Shown one piece after another: positions 1-11,922 of a DNA stretch of 64,000 nucleotides. Source of the stretch: Leucoraja erinacea (Eukaryota). The notes under the pieces were generated by a model that was not told the origin of the DNA, searched no databases, and saw only the letters and a program-made list of their open reading frames with translations. The position numbers were made by a program, and so were the translations under genes. Numbering within the stretch: the first letter of the stretch is position 1; the number at the start of each line of letters is the position of its first letter. The stretch is taken from NCBI RefSeq assembly GCF_028641065.1, contig NC_073377.1, positions 158,038,001 to 158,102,000 of the forward strand. The letters are read 5' to 3'.

Positions 1-451
1 CTTGGCCTGCCGGTTCCTTTGCGATTAGTAAGCTCACCAGTGCTCTCTCTCTCTCTTCTTAATAATGTTCTAAACAGTTGATTTTGGTAAGCCTAAGGTT
101 TGGCTGATGTCTCTAACAGTTGTATTCTTGTTTCTCAGTCTCATAATGGTTTATTTGACTTTAGTTGGCACAACTTTGGTCCTCATGTTGATAAACAGCA
201 ATAAAAGTTTCCAAGGGTGATGGACAGACTGGAGGAAAGACTAGGTGCTGAATACCTGCTCTTATACCTGCATTAAGGAGGCAATTAAACACACCTGAGC
301 AATTACAAACACCTGTGAAGCCATGTGTCCCAAACATTATGGTGCCCTGACATGGGGGGGCTATGTATAAACACAGCTGTAATTTCTACATGGTGAAACC
401 AAAATATATAAAAATACCCTTTAATAAAATGACAATGTGCACTTTAACCAC
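1..451 (-). mobile_element. Tc1/mariner transposon fragment (transposase N-terminus + part of left TIR), cut by window edge
   Basis: Reverse complement of ~12020-12457 (e.g. cttggcctgccggttcctttgcgattagtaagctcacc vs ggtgagcttactaatcgcaaaggaaccggcaggccaag). Contains the TIR motif tgtgtcccaaacattatggtgccctga. Confidence 0.85.
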
Positions 452-2129
452 GTTATCTGTCCTGCTATTTACTTCTTCAAAAAATTCCAGCAGATTCGTC
501 AGGCAAGATCTCCCCTTCATAAAACCAGCTGACTTTGGCCTATCTTATCATGTACTCCATAACCTTATCCTTCATAATAGAAACATAGAAATTAGGTGCA
601 GGAGTAGGCCATTCGGCCCTTCGAAGCCTGCACCGCCATTCAATATCATCATGGCTGATCATCCAACTCAGTATCCCGTACCTGCCTTCTCTCCATACCC
701 CCTGATCCCCTTAGCCACAAGGGCCACATCTAACTCCCTCTTAAATATAATGGACTTTTACCAACCACTGAAGTCAGGCAAACCGGCCTATAGTTTCCAC
801 TATTATGCTTTGCTCCCTTCTTGTACAGTGGGGCAACATTCCAATCGTCTGGCACCACTCCTGACTCTAGTGATTCCTGAAATATCACTATTAATGCCTC
901 CACAATCTCTGAAGCCACCTCTTTCAGAACCCTAGGGTGCAGTCCATCTGGTCCAGGTGACTTATCCACCTTCAGACTTTTCAGTTTCCCAAACACCTTC
1001 TTATTAGTGATAGCCACGCCACTAACTTCCACCCCCTGACTCTCTTGAATTTCAGGTATGTCTTCCACTGTGAAGACTGCTGCAAAAAAGTTATTCAATT
1101 CCTCTGCCATTTCTTTATTCCCAATATCACTTATCCTGCATAATTGTCCAGTGCTCCAACGTCCACTCTTCTTACTCTTTATATAACTGAAGAAACTCTT
1201 GCTATCCTCTTTTATATTAGTGGCTAGCTTCCCTTTAGATTTCATCTTTTCGCCCATATTGCCTTTTTAGTTACCTCCTGTTGTTCTTTAAAAGCTTCCC
1301 GACAGTCTGGCTTCCCACTAATCTTTGCTATGTTATATGCCTTCTCTTTTAGTTTGATAAAGCCGTTGACTTCCATTGTCAGCCACGGTTGCCTCATTCT
1401 CCCCCGAGAATCCCTCTTCCTCTTTGAAATGAAAAGATTCTGCATCATCCGAGTTATTCCCAGAAATTCCTGCCATTGCTGTTCCACCGCGATTCCTACT
1501 AGGGTCCCATTCCAGTCAACTTTGGCCAGCTCCTCCCTCATGCCTCTGTAGTCCCTTATGCTCAGCTGTAATACCGACAGATCTGATTTCATCTTCTGCC
1601 TCTCAAATTGCAGGTTAAACCGTATCATGTTGTGGTTGCTACCATCCTTTACCTTGAGTTCCCTTATCATTACACAACACTAAATCCAGAATTGCCTTTT
1701 CCCTGGTAGGCTCCATTACACGCTGCTCTATGAAAGCAGGCACTCGGAGGCACTCTACAAGTTCCCTTTCTTGGGGTCCAGTACCAATTTGATTTCCCAA
1801 GTCTACCTGCATATTAAAATTTCCCATGACCACCGTAACATTGCCTTTCTTACATGCTGTTTGTATCTCCTGATGTACCGTATCTCCTGGCTACATTTGG
1901 GGGCTTGTAAATAAATCCCATTAGGGTATTTTTATTCTTGCAATTTCTCAGCTCTATCCACAATGTCTCTACATCTTCTGATCCTATGTCACCCCTTGTT
2001 AAGGACCAAATTTCATTCCTTCCCAGCAGTGCTCCCCCAACCCATCTGTCTGTCTTTCCGATAGGGCGTAGAAACTTGAACATTAAGCTCCCACTTCTGA
2101 TCCTCATACAGCCACATCACACAACATCA
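452..2129 (-). mobile_element. Degenerate CR1-clade LINE ORF2 (APE endonuclease to RT N-terminus), frameshifted
   Basis: ORFs 1850-2107, 1639-1833, 1242-1670 and 730-1257 give CR1 motifs (LWIELRN, MGNFN, PTREKAILDLVL, KSPGPDGLHPRVLKE, GNYRPVCLTSVVGK). Continues at 3480-3555 beyond a Helitron insertion. Confidence 0.85.
578..748 (-). mobile_element. HER1-like (elasmobranch CR1) 3' tail nested in older CR1
   Basis: tagaaacatagaaattaggtgcaggagtaggccattcggccc..., near-identical to 43237-43415. Confidence 0.8.
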
Positions 2130-3479
2130 TCTATATAATTAAAAGTCTCATCTTGACCACTTCCTGTTTGCACTGTGCTTTGATTTTTGAAAAAAACGCT
2201 ATGACATATGGCTGTGATTTTTTTGGCCATCTTACTCAGAGTATTCCTCCACTGCGCAGGCCCCAAGGATTTTTCCCATCGATGAAAAATAAAAGACTTA
2301 TTAGTGTTTAAAAAATCTTGAGGTTCTCTCTCCTGTCAATCACTGCCATTAAGGCCACGCCCCTTCCAGCTGGAGGGGGAGGGACGATAAAACCCGGAAA
2401 TGTGGGCGTGGATCAATCTGTCTGCAAGATGGCGAGGGAGAGGTCATGACTCTCTGTTTGAGCTGGGAACTTACAGAACACAGTGAGTATGCAATGTACT
2501 TGTATAAATGCTTTGTTAGCCCTTAATGAGAATTAAATGAGTTGTTTGTCTTGAGGCTGCCCTGTGCTTGAAAGTGCAATGGCAACGGAAATGAAGTGAA
2601 AATGCAATCAGCTGCTTGGCTTGGGCCTGCCCTGTGCTAGAAACTGCAATGCAATTGCAATGCAATTGGAAATGAAATTAGTTGTTTCGCCTGCCTGAAA
2701 CCACTAATTTCGGCCCACACGGCCCCTATTAGCCGAGAAACTAGTCCCTTTTGCCCAAAATGCCCGCATTAGCCCAGGAGGAGCATTTTGGCCCAAAAGA
2801 CCTGTGGCAGGTCAGGAAAAGTCCAGAAAAAGTCTTTCACTGAGATTTCACTCAGATGTTTTTTTAAAAGAGCGCATTCGGCCCATCAGGCCTGTACTAG
2901 CCCAGGAGTCCCTTCGGCCCATCAGTATATATTCCTCCTGCAAGTATTAAACCTCACCACAGTATTTTACTCCCTCCCTTCATTTTCTCCCTGTGAGATC
3001 CAAGCCAGGATAGACTTTCCTCCTTCATTGCTGTGATCTGCAGAAAAAGATGAAACATTTCTAAAATTGATTCTCCACCCCCTCCCCTTCTCTCTCTCAC
3101 AGTCCCTCATCTGTTTTGGGCAGAATTTCTGGCAGTTTCTGAGCTGCCAGCCCACCAGGCCTGAGTGACTGAGCTGCCAGCCCACCAAGCCTGAGTGACT
3201 GAGCTGCCAGCCCACCCGGCCTGAGTGACTGAGCTGCCAGCTCACCAGGCCTGAGTGACTGAGCTGCCAGCCCAAGAATCCATTTGGCCCACAATGTCCA
3301 TACCAGCCCTCTGGAAACCAGTCCCTTCGGCTCACAACATCCATACTAGCACTCCAGAAAGTCCCCCACCCCCCCCCCCCCCCCCCCAATGGCCAGCAAT
3401 ATTGGAATTTGTGGAGAGGCGGAATATTAGATTGGGGGACCGTGTGAACATGGGACCCAACGGGTCCCACTTAGTCTAG
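2130..3479 (+). mobile_element. Non-autonomous Helitron, copy 1 (1350 bp)
   Basis: 5' TC (tctatataatt). 3' hairpin tgggaccc-aac-gggtccca (3451-3469) then CTAG (3476-3479). Inserted between A and T with no TSD. Flanks rejoin into CR1 endonuclease coding sequence. Second copy at 25402-27423. Confidence 0.88.
3139..3274. repeat. 30-bp minisatellite, ~4.5 units, inside Helitron
   Basis: Unit gagctgccagcccaccaggcctgagtgact, head-to-tail. Confidence 0.95.
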
Positions 3480-3555
3480 TACCTATTAATTTCCTCGTGC
3501 TACCAGCTCACCCACTTTATTTCTTATACCACGTGCATTCAAATACAACACACTA
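3480..3555 (-). mobile_element. CR1 ORF2 endonuclease N-terminal remnant (continuation of 452-2129)
   Basis: Minus strand reads VLYLNARGIRNKVGELVA. Confidence 0.75.
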
Positions 3556-4577
3556 CTACTTAAGATACCAAATATGTGAATCTTTTTTATAAAATCCTTC
3601 ACTTCTAGTAAGTTCAGAAATAAAATGAGGTAAGATTTAAGAAAAACATTGAGTTTGCCCAAAATATTCTAGAACATCGTAGCCAATAAATTTCACCTGC
3701 AGTAGAATTTCCTAAGTTATTAGTTCAGAAAAAAAACTTGAACGCCAATTGACAGCAAAAAAAGAAAACCAGATAAATAAAGTAATTTTAGTCATTTTGA
3801 TTCAGGAAATGGCATTGGGAAAAGTGGCCAGTGCCTTTGTATGAGTCCACACAACAATTTAGAACTTCCCAAGCAGATGGACGGGACTTTGATCTGTTAT
3901 CTCATCACAAAGACAAAGTGTGCAGATCTGAAATCAAATAACACCGTAGTCTGCATGTAGTATATTAAGTATATTTTGTAAACAGCAGAACAAGCAACAC
4001 ACAGGCAATTTCAACACAAACAATGAATTGACGACATATGTTTCTAAATGTATTTACAATTTTGTTACTTTAAACCGGCTAAGCTTTTCTAGCTTGTGAT
4101 TTAAGTAACATCCACAAATATTTTGAGCATCAAACTTCGAAGTTCATAGCAGCTAAACCCTCTGATCGTTTAAAAAAAGAATCACTTTAAAAGTTTGGGA
4201 TGCCAAATTAACCATTTCTTCTACCTACAGTAATTATTTCCTTCTTAATGCTCGAAAATCAAAAACAAATAGTTTCAAATAGAATTTTTGCTTTGGGGAC
4301 ATTGGTACTGGGCCTGTGATTGATGCTGTTGAGTGTATCTAGTGCCTCAGTCTGGGAGAAATGGCCCAAAAAAGGGTAACATTGGTTGGCGTATCCTTCC
4401 AGTGAGTATGAACAATATTGTGGAGATGCCACTGATCTATACCAGGCAAAACAGATACAAACACCTCCATTAGAATATCACTAAAGTAATGGCCGCAAGC
4501 CTAAAGCCTCCCACATATTTAACCAAAACTACACTCAAAGTCATAATATAAAGCCACACATGTCAAACTAATAGTTT

Positions 4578-4699
4578 AGGAAAGAACTGCAGATGCTGGT
4601 TTAAATTGAAGGTAGACACAAAATGCTGGAGTAACTCAGCGGGACAGGCAGCATCTCTGGAGAGAAGAAATGGGTGACGTTTCGGGTCGAGACCCTTCT
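4578..4699 (-). mobile_element. Short Penelope-derived terminal-repeat element with hammerhead-like motif
   Basis: Homologous to the PLE 3' end at 35041-35136. Flanked by 15-bp TSD tcaaactaatagttt (4563-4577, 4700-4714). Confidence 0.8.
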
Positions 4700-5839
4700 T
4701 CAAACTAATAGTTTGCAGTTTTACTGGAGGAAAAGTCACTTGATAATACTCATCATTGTTTGTTTATTCTTAATTATTAACCACAAAAAGCCTTGTCACT
4801 GATATACATTCCACCAATGAACTACAATGTATCTGGTAGTTCAAATACAGAAACATTTAACTCCAAAAGCTTATAAACATAGTGTACATTCTTTATTTTC
4901 TTCCATAAATGCTTATAAACACCAAGTTAAAAACTCAAAAACCTTCATATAACTTTAATTACATTTGTCCCCCATTATTGTTACATGATGTGATGTAAGA
5001 ATCTGGTTCTTGAGTAACATAAATAGCCATTTTGTAACATTTTAGAATTATAAAAGAGCATATGTTTTGTAAAGGAACATATTGCTACTGAGTTGGACAA
5101 TTTGTGCACAATATATTATTTATTGAAGTTATTTATTGAACAATAATTTCTGCTTCAATGTCCCAACTATTGTGTTAAGGACAGGATTTGTAACCTACCA
5201 TGACTAGGAACAGACGGGAAAAGAGCAAGCACAATTGATATTGTCAAAGGAAATATACTTTTATTCACAGTTGCTGTCATTCCAACACTTCACTTATGAA
5301 GGAAGTTTGAGGCAAATGACAGAACCATTTGAAATGCGAGCCTCTTCATACACCTAAACCAAGTCCAATGATGCTTTTAGCACCCTGATAACATTTAACC
5401 GCTCAAATATTAGTGCAACCGCCTTGGTTGTATTGACCAGGTGTCTTTCAAAATAGAAATGGTAAGTTAAAATAATTGTTCACATCCCGTAAGAAAAGTT
5501 TGCACTAAGCTCTTGCCACCCAGCAAGAAGCTACTGAAGCGCATCACAATTTACCAGCCAGGAGACCTCAGGTCTTTGCAAACAGGAGCCATTTCCCGCT
5601 TTGTAATTGTTTAAGATGGCGATGATTTTGTTTCAGAAACTCATTCTCTGAATGCAAGTGTTTCTAATGCAGTCATTTATTCATCCAACCACATGGATCT
5701 TGGCTGTATTCAAAATGTATGCAAGTAAATTTAATTACATTTATCAATTAGCGAAACGTGATTATAACTAATTTCTCCCATTATATATCCGGGCCGCTCC
5801 ATAATTCCTCAGCAGCATAATCACCGATGTTTTATAAAG

Positions 5840-6450
5840 CTATATCATAACTTCCCTATTGTTATATTCTATTCCCAGGCTATTGAAGGCATGTGTTCCA
5901 TTGTGCCTTCTTGACCACTGTATCTACCTGTGCTGCCACCTTCAGGGATTCTTGGACTTGCACAATAGAGTGCCTCTGTTCATCAATACTTTCAAATTCC
6001 CACTATACAATGTGTTTGTCCTACCCTTATTCATCTTCTGAAAGCGCATCAATTTGCACTGATCAGGATTATATTTCATCTTCCATGTCTCTGCCCCATT
6101 AAACAACTGATCAATATCATTATATCGCCTGTGACTATCTTCTTCATTATCAATAACTCAAAAATGTTCATGCCATTTTCAAACTTACTAATCATATATG
6201 CCAAGGTAGACCAAAATGCTGGAGAAACTCAGCGGGTGAGGCAGCATCTATGGAGCGAAGGAATGGGTGACCCTATATGCTACTTTCATATCCAAATTGC
6301 TAATGTACATACAAATATTAAGAGTCCCTGCAATGCTCCTGTAAAACACTACAGGTCGCAAGCTTCCAATCGCAAACCTACCCTCCACCATCATCATCTG
6401 TCTCCTATTACTAAACCAATTTTGTACTAGTTTAAAAGCCATCTTGTTGA
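5840..6450 (-). mobile_element. Old CR1 RT fragment interrupted by a ~70-bp PLE-tail fragment (6202-6273)
   Basis: ORF 6248-6442 VQNWFSNRRQMMMVEG. Insert flanked by tatatgc repeats. Confidence 0.65.
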
Positions 6451-6469
6451 AATCTCATTGTCTGCACCT

Positions 6470-6692
6470 CATTTTTACCTAGCCCTATCTTTCATTCATT
6501 TGTTCTATTTCTCTCTATATCACCGTCTCTATCTCTCGTTTCACTTTCCACTGAATCTCAGTCTATAGACAGGTCTCTACCCGAAATGTCACCTATTCCT
6601 TTTCTCCAGAGATTCTGTCTGACTCGCTGAGTTACTCCAGATTTTTGTGTCTGTCTTCGGTTTAAACCAGCATCTGCAGTTCCTTCCTACAC
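6470..6692 (+). mobile_element. Older PLE terminal-repeat element with decayed hammerhead-like motif
   Basis: cagtctatagacaggtctctacccgaaatgtcacctattcc...gagttactccag...cagcatctgcagttccttc. Confidence 0.7.
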
Positions 6693-9088
6693 GTATGAAC
6701 AGAAAGAATGTTTTAAGGAATGTTGCTGTTAAGACCATGGATTCTTTCTTGTATATGTGATAAATGTTCTAAATTTGTTGGGTGTGAAATCATAGACATT
6801 ACAGTATAATGTTACAGAATCTAATCCTCCTTTCACTGCCAAGTCCCTTTTCACTGTTGTGAAATACTAAACTCTTGAGGACTGAGGTCTCTCGTTATTT
6901 GTGGCTATTTTGTGTTTGGAGCTCCTTCCCACATCCCCAACCCCTCATTTTTGAGTAACATACATCCAGATCCAGTTGGAATAAGAAAACAAATTATACC
7001 TGGTACAACATATGGATTCAACCATTTTTTTCCAAAGAATCTGTTACTGCCACAGAAGCTATAAGTACCCAGTTTTACATATTTTTAGAATGTCTTATTA
7101 TTTTGCTCTCCTCGTAGCTCTGTCTGCTGGTTCAACATAGTTTCAGCAACGCTACAGTACATCATGCCAATGGGATATGGGATTGAGCCAACAAAATTAC
7201 GTTCCTTGAATTATTCAATATGGATGTTTCACAGTGCTACAGTTGAAGTTGCAAATAAAACCAGGTACGGCAGCACAGACAGAAACTTCAATGGTATTTG
7301 ACATTCTTATGTGTGACAGAGATGGATTACCTGCCCAAACTAATCCTGGGCCATGGGATTATGTTCTGCTTGCTAGGTTTTTATCCTTCTATGTCCAAAT
7401 ACAAAAGCCCTCCATCGATCTTGGCCTAGCCAGGATTCTTTCTGTTTCATTGTACGTTTAACTTCATTAATTTCTCTCAATATTCCTCTGTCTATTGTTA
7501 GTATTACCTTTTATTTAACCATGTGGTGTTTTCCACAAGCAGAATCTATTAGTGTGTGTGCGTGCATTAATTGCAAGCCTTGTTTATCTTTAATATTTCT
7601 TATTCTGATGAAGGCTGCATGTTTGCAAAACTATAACTGTCTATGTTTGTTTGACAAGATGAATACTTGCAATTTTCTCTGCGAGAAAAGGATTGTTCAA
7701 GAAATACTTCATTAATAAATGGCTTAGTTGAAAATCCCCTCTCTGTTATCTATGATCCCTAATGGAACATCAGCTCTCCCTCTCTCTCTCTCTCTGAGCG
7801 CTTGCAAGGACCAATCCAGGAACATTATCATTGCTGCTTCACTCACGAGGATGGCAGTTTTATGGAAACTAGACCTTGATACGAGCCACATATGTAATCA
7901 CTCATGTTCATGATAATGCAATTATACATTCCTCCAAATTGCCTGCATAACACCTTTATATGTTTTGGGCATGCAACCTGCATCCTATGACGAAAGCTGG
8001 ATACTGCCCTCAGGTTTCATCAGAAACTATCACTAGTGATGAATGTTTGATCGCTCTTACCAACACAGCTGGGTATCATGCAAACGTTTACAATCTCCTC
8101 CGTGTTCAGGACAGTCATTTACTTCCACACTTAATGTGCTCAATAATTCAACAGTTTAACACACAATGTTACAAGGTTTAAGAAAGAACACATTTGTATT
8201 TATGCAGTCTTCCATATTCTCAAAGTTTTATAGAGCACTCAGCAGCAAATGAATTATTTTAATACTTCACATTTTTGGTGTACAACCAAAGCTGTTTGCT
8301 ATTTTAAATAATAATATACCAGATATTTTTTTTTGGGTGGGAGAAGTGGAAACTAACGTAATTAAGGATGAAGCATTGAACGTGACAACTGAAAAGCTCT
8401 GTGTTTGTTTGTTGCTGTTAATGAAAGAAGATCTCTGGCAGACATGTCAGAGCAGGTTTCCAATGGAACTTAGCCCTTTAGATGGAGAAGAGAAAGTTAC
8501 TGACAATTAGGAGGGAGGGGGAATAACATAGCAGGGGGATAACATAGAATCAGTTTACTTTCTTCTAAATGAATATGGTTTGGATGAAATAAATTCTGAT
8601 ATTGTATATTCTGTTTAACTATAAAATAATGGATCTGCTGTTTTCACTACTAGAAATTGCACTAACACATTCGAAGCAATTTGCCCAAATAAGCATTTAT
8701 TGAGAGTGCAGTCACAAAAAAGGCAACTATTAAATCTTTAAAATATGATGTTTCTAATTTAATAAGAAACAGATTACTATGCATCAAAGCCACCAGCAAA
8801 TGATTCAATATTATTTTTTTCTTAATGATTTTAAAAATATCATTTACCTAATGTTAAGTTACTAACAGGTGGTAAGTTAATGCACCAATTAAAACCAGTC
8901 AAAACCTGTTTTGGTGTGAACCTATCACTCAAACACCAGTAGCAACTGGGTCTATGCTCTGCTGCACACCTGCCTTGGAAATCCAATTTGGCTTCTGTGA
9001 CCAGATGGTTAGATATACGAGAGAGAGAGGACAGTAGGTGAAGAGGTGAACGGGGATAGCTGGTGGATGGTTGTAATAGGGCTGGCTG

Positions 9089-9148
9089 TAATAGATTTAC
9101 AGCCATCCACCAATAGGGGATAGCTGGTGGATGGCTGTAAATCTGTTA
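9089..9148. repeat. 24-bp inverted repeat (hairpin, 12-nt loop) plus upstream direct repeat
   Basis: taatagatttacagccatccacca / tggtggatggctgtaaatctgtta (1 mismatch). ggggatagctggtggatgg duplicated at ~9052 and ~9116. Confidence 0.9.
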
Positions 9149-10188
9149 TTGTGAAGGGGGTAGGGTGAAAATAGTGAGGGATCAAGCAGGATAAATAGAC
9201 ATTGGGTCTGAACTGATCAAAAGACTGTGAACGAGTGAATCAGGAAACGGTTTGAATCATTTGAAAGCACTACTAGATTTAATTTATATTAATAGACTTT
9301 TGCAGAAAAAAAACATTCTCTTTTCACACTCATTCCCTAACTTATTAAATCACTGCTGAAAGGCTCTTTCTGGGAATACAATTTGCCAAGTATTTTTTGA
9401 TATGACCACCAACAGTCTCAAGAAAAGCAGTAATGGTGAACTGGGGCAAAATTGTTCTGTCCAATCACTGCTGCATATGTGCTTCCCCACTGCGCCCCTT
9501 CAAGCTAACTTCAAGTTAAATATTTGCTTCCAGCCTGCGTATCTAAATCTTAATTTATTAGTTCAGCAAACCATTGAAAAATGTGCACAGTTGATGTTTG
9601 GTCAGTACCAGCTGTAAAACACTCATGTTCATTCTGTCACTTCTGTGGCTCAATCGGAAAACCCTTTCTGTTCATTATTTTAAAATAGTAAAATAAAAAA
9701 TCTTTTGGACCAGATGAAAAGAGGATAAAGGGAAATTGATATAGCAATGGGAATACAAATGGTTTAGCTTCCAGTCCTCAACAATCCCAACTGCATATTT
9801 AAAATTCTCATCTGCGCATTAGTCCCACAACTCTCCAAAAATGTCCATTCTTTCAACTCCGGCATCTTGTTTCACCTTCCTCACACGTGGACTTACCAGC
9901 AATGGGATGCGATCAGCTGGTCCAATTACTCCCAAATTTTAACTCTGCCTCTTCAACTCAATGCATTTCTTTAACATTTTATTAAAATATACCTCTTTAA
10001 CTAATTTAATAATCACCTTGCTATAATATCTCCTCTCCATGCTAATTTGTGTTTAATTATATTGTGAATTATCTTTGGAATTTTCTGCACTAAAGTTGCT
10101 GTACAAATCCAAGCTATAATTGTTAATTGTCCAAATGAATTTTAATCGTAAACCACAAAGTCCTTTTCCAGGAGTCCTGATAATCTGT

Positions 10189-10382
10189 TTAAGAAGGAAC
10201 TGCAGATGCTGGAAAATCGAAGGTACACAAAAATTCTGGAAAAACTCAGTGGGTGCAGCAGCATCTATGGAGCGAAGGAAATATGCAACGTTTCGGGATG
10301 AAGGGTTTCGGCCCGAAACGTTGCCTATTTCCTTCGCTCCATGGATGCTGTTGCACCCACTGAGTTTCTCCAGCATTTTTGT
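10189..10382. mobile_element. Palindromic (head-to-head) PLE-derived mini element
   Basis: Two inverted copies of the PLE tail joined at the hammerhead region. 15-bp TSD gtcctgataatctgt (10174-10188, 10383-10397). Confidence 0.85.
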
Positions 10383-10774
10383 GTCCTGATAATCTGTCAA
10401 GACAAAAAACAATTCTATAAAATACTTGTACTTCCTTTCTCCTCATCTGGAAGCAATTGCCATTATTATGATAGCACCAACAAACTAAATAGATCATTTA
10501 TACCCCGAAAACAATGTGTTAAAATACATGCTGATCAGCACTACTTTGATATAAACCAATTCAGCAAAGTTTTTAAACGATCAAGAAAACGTTTGCATTT
10601 AAAGCAATCGCTAATCAATTTTATATACTTACTCATTCCCATTCCTTTATGTACACACTTACAATTTATTTTCAAAGACCTGCCACATAAATTCTATGAA
10701 GTGCAACAACTGATGCAGTTTGGTAGGATTATAATGCCAACAGATCTAAGTTATCACTTCTGCTGAAGGCACCT

Positions 10775-11021
10775 TAAGGAAACACTTTTTCTCAGAGAGT
10801 GTGGTGAGTCTGTGGAATTCTCTGCCTCAGAGGGCGTTGGAGGCAGGTTCTCTGGGTGCTTTCAAGAGAGAGCTAGATAGGGCTCTTAAAAATAGCGGAG
10901 TCAGGGGATATGGGGAGAAGGCAGGAACGGGGTACTGATTGGGGTTGATCAGCCATGGTCACATTGAATGGCGGTGCTGGCTCAAAGGGCCGAATGGCCT
11001 ACTCCTGCACCTATTGTCTAT
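10775..11021 (+). mobile_element. HER1/CR1 3' fragment
   Basis: ttctcagagagtgtggtgagtctgtggaattctctgcctcag...ggccgaatggcctactcctgcacctattgtcta tail. Confidence 0.8.
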
Positions 11022-11922
11022 AATTGAACTGACAGCTACTCCAAAATAAAGCTCCACTTTTAATGGTATTCATGGAAAAGTGTACTTAAAAACCATCTTA
11101 TGAGTTTGCAGCACATTAACCCTCTGAGAATTATTCTATCAAATATGGAAAATATTAATTTAGAAAAAACACAAAGGATGACAACAAGTATAGAAGACGG
11201 ATTTTACATTTTATATTTCCCGGTGACTGTTATGGTCATCGAAATATTGTTGACTGAAATAGCAACTAATATTAATGGACAGGAAATGATCTGGTAATAA
11301 CAGGAATGTATTTCATAAACTGAACTGGACATGTGGCCTAATATTCAATTGCAAAAGGCAGGAGCACGTTCCTTACAATTCATTCAGACCCACATAAGTT
11401 CAACTTAGAGACATGAACAGGTTATTTCATTTCCGTATACACTGACCAAGCCAAAAGTTTTTTTCTTTAACAACATAGGTTAACAAAATATGAACAAAAT
11501 AGAATATTTCAATTATACTTCCAAGTTATTGAAAAAGCCACTGAGTTTGTTATCGACTGCATGCCATATTGTGCAACTCCAAATACCTAAATCTGCAGAA
11601 AACCCATGAAAATGCAGACTGCATTTTTTCCCCCTCAAGTCATCACACATCTATGGATTCATTATAACATATGCTGTGTTGTTGTACAAAGAACTATTTG
11701 GAAAGGAGGTTGTGAGATTTAAGGTAGAAACTACAACATCTACATTTCTAGAAACTGGAGAGTGGAAGATTAAATTAATGTAAAGGTGAGTATTAAGATG
11801 TTAACTGGATTAAAATAAATCGAATTCTAATTAACTAAATTAATCCAAGTAATGAAAACATAGTGCAATTACAAAAATATAAATATTATAAAAATATGAC
11901 CACAATTGTTATTTACCTAATA

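Noticed and set aside
3139-3274. CRISPR-like 30-bp repeats (also 26600-27030)
   Set aside because: Head-to-tail with no unique spacers, eukaryotic DNA, no cas genes.
2967-3470. ORFs with repeated QLSHSGLVGW / LAAQSLRPGG peptides
   Set aside because: Translation of the 30-bp Helitron minisatellite; no gene context.
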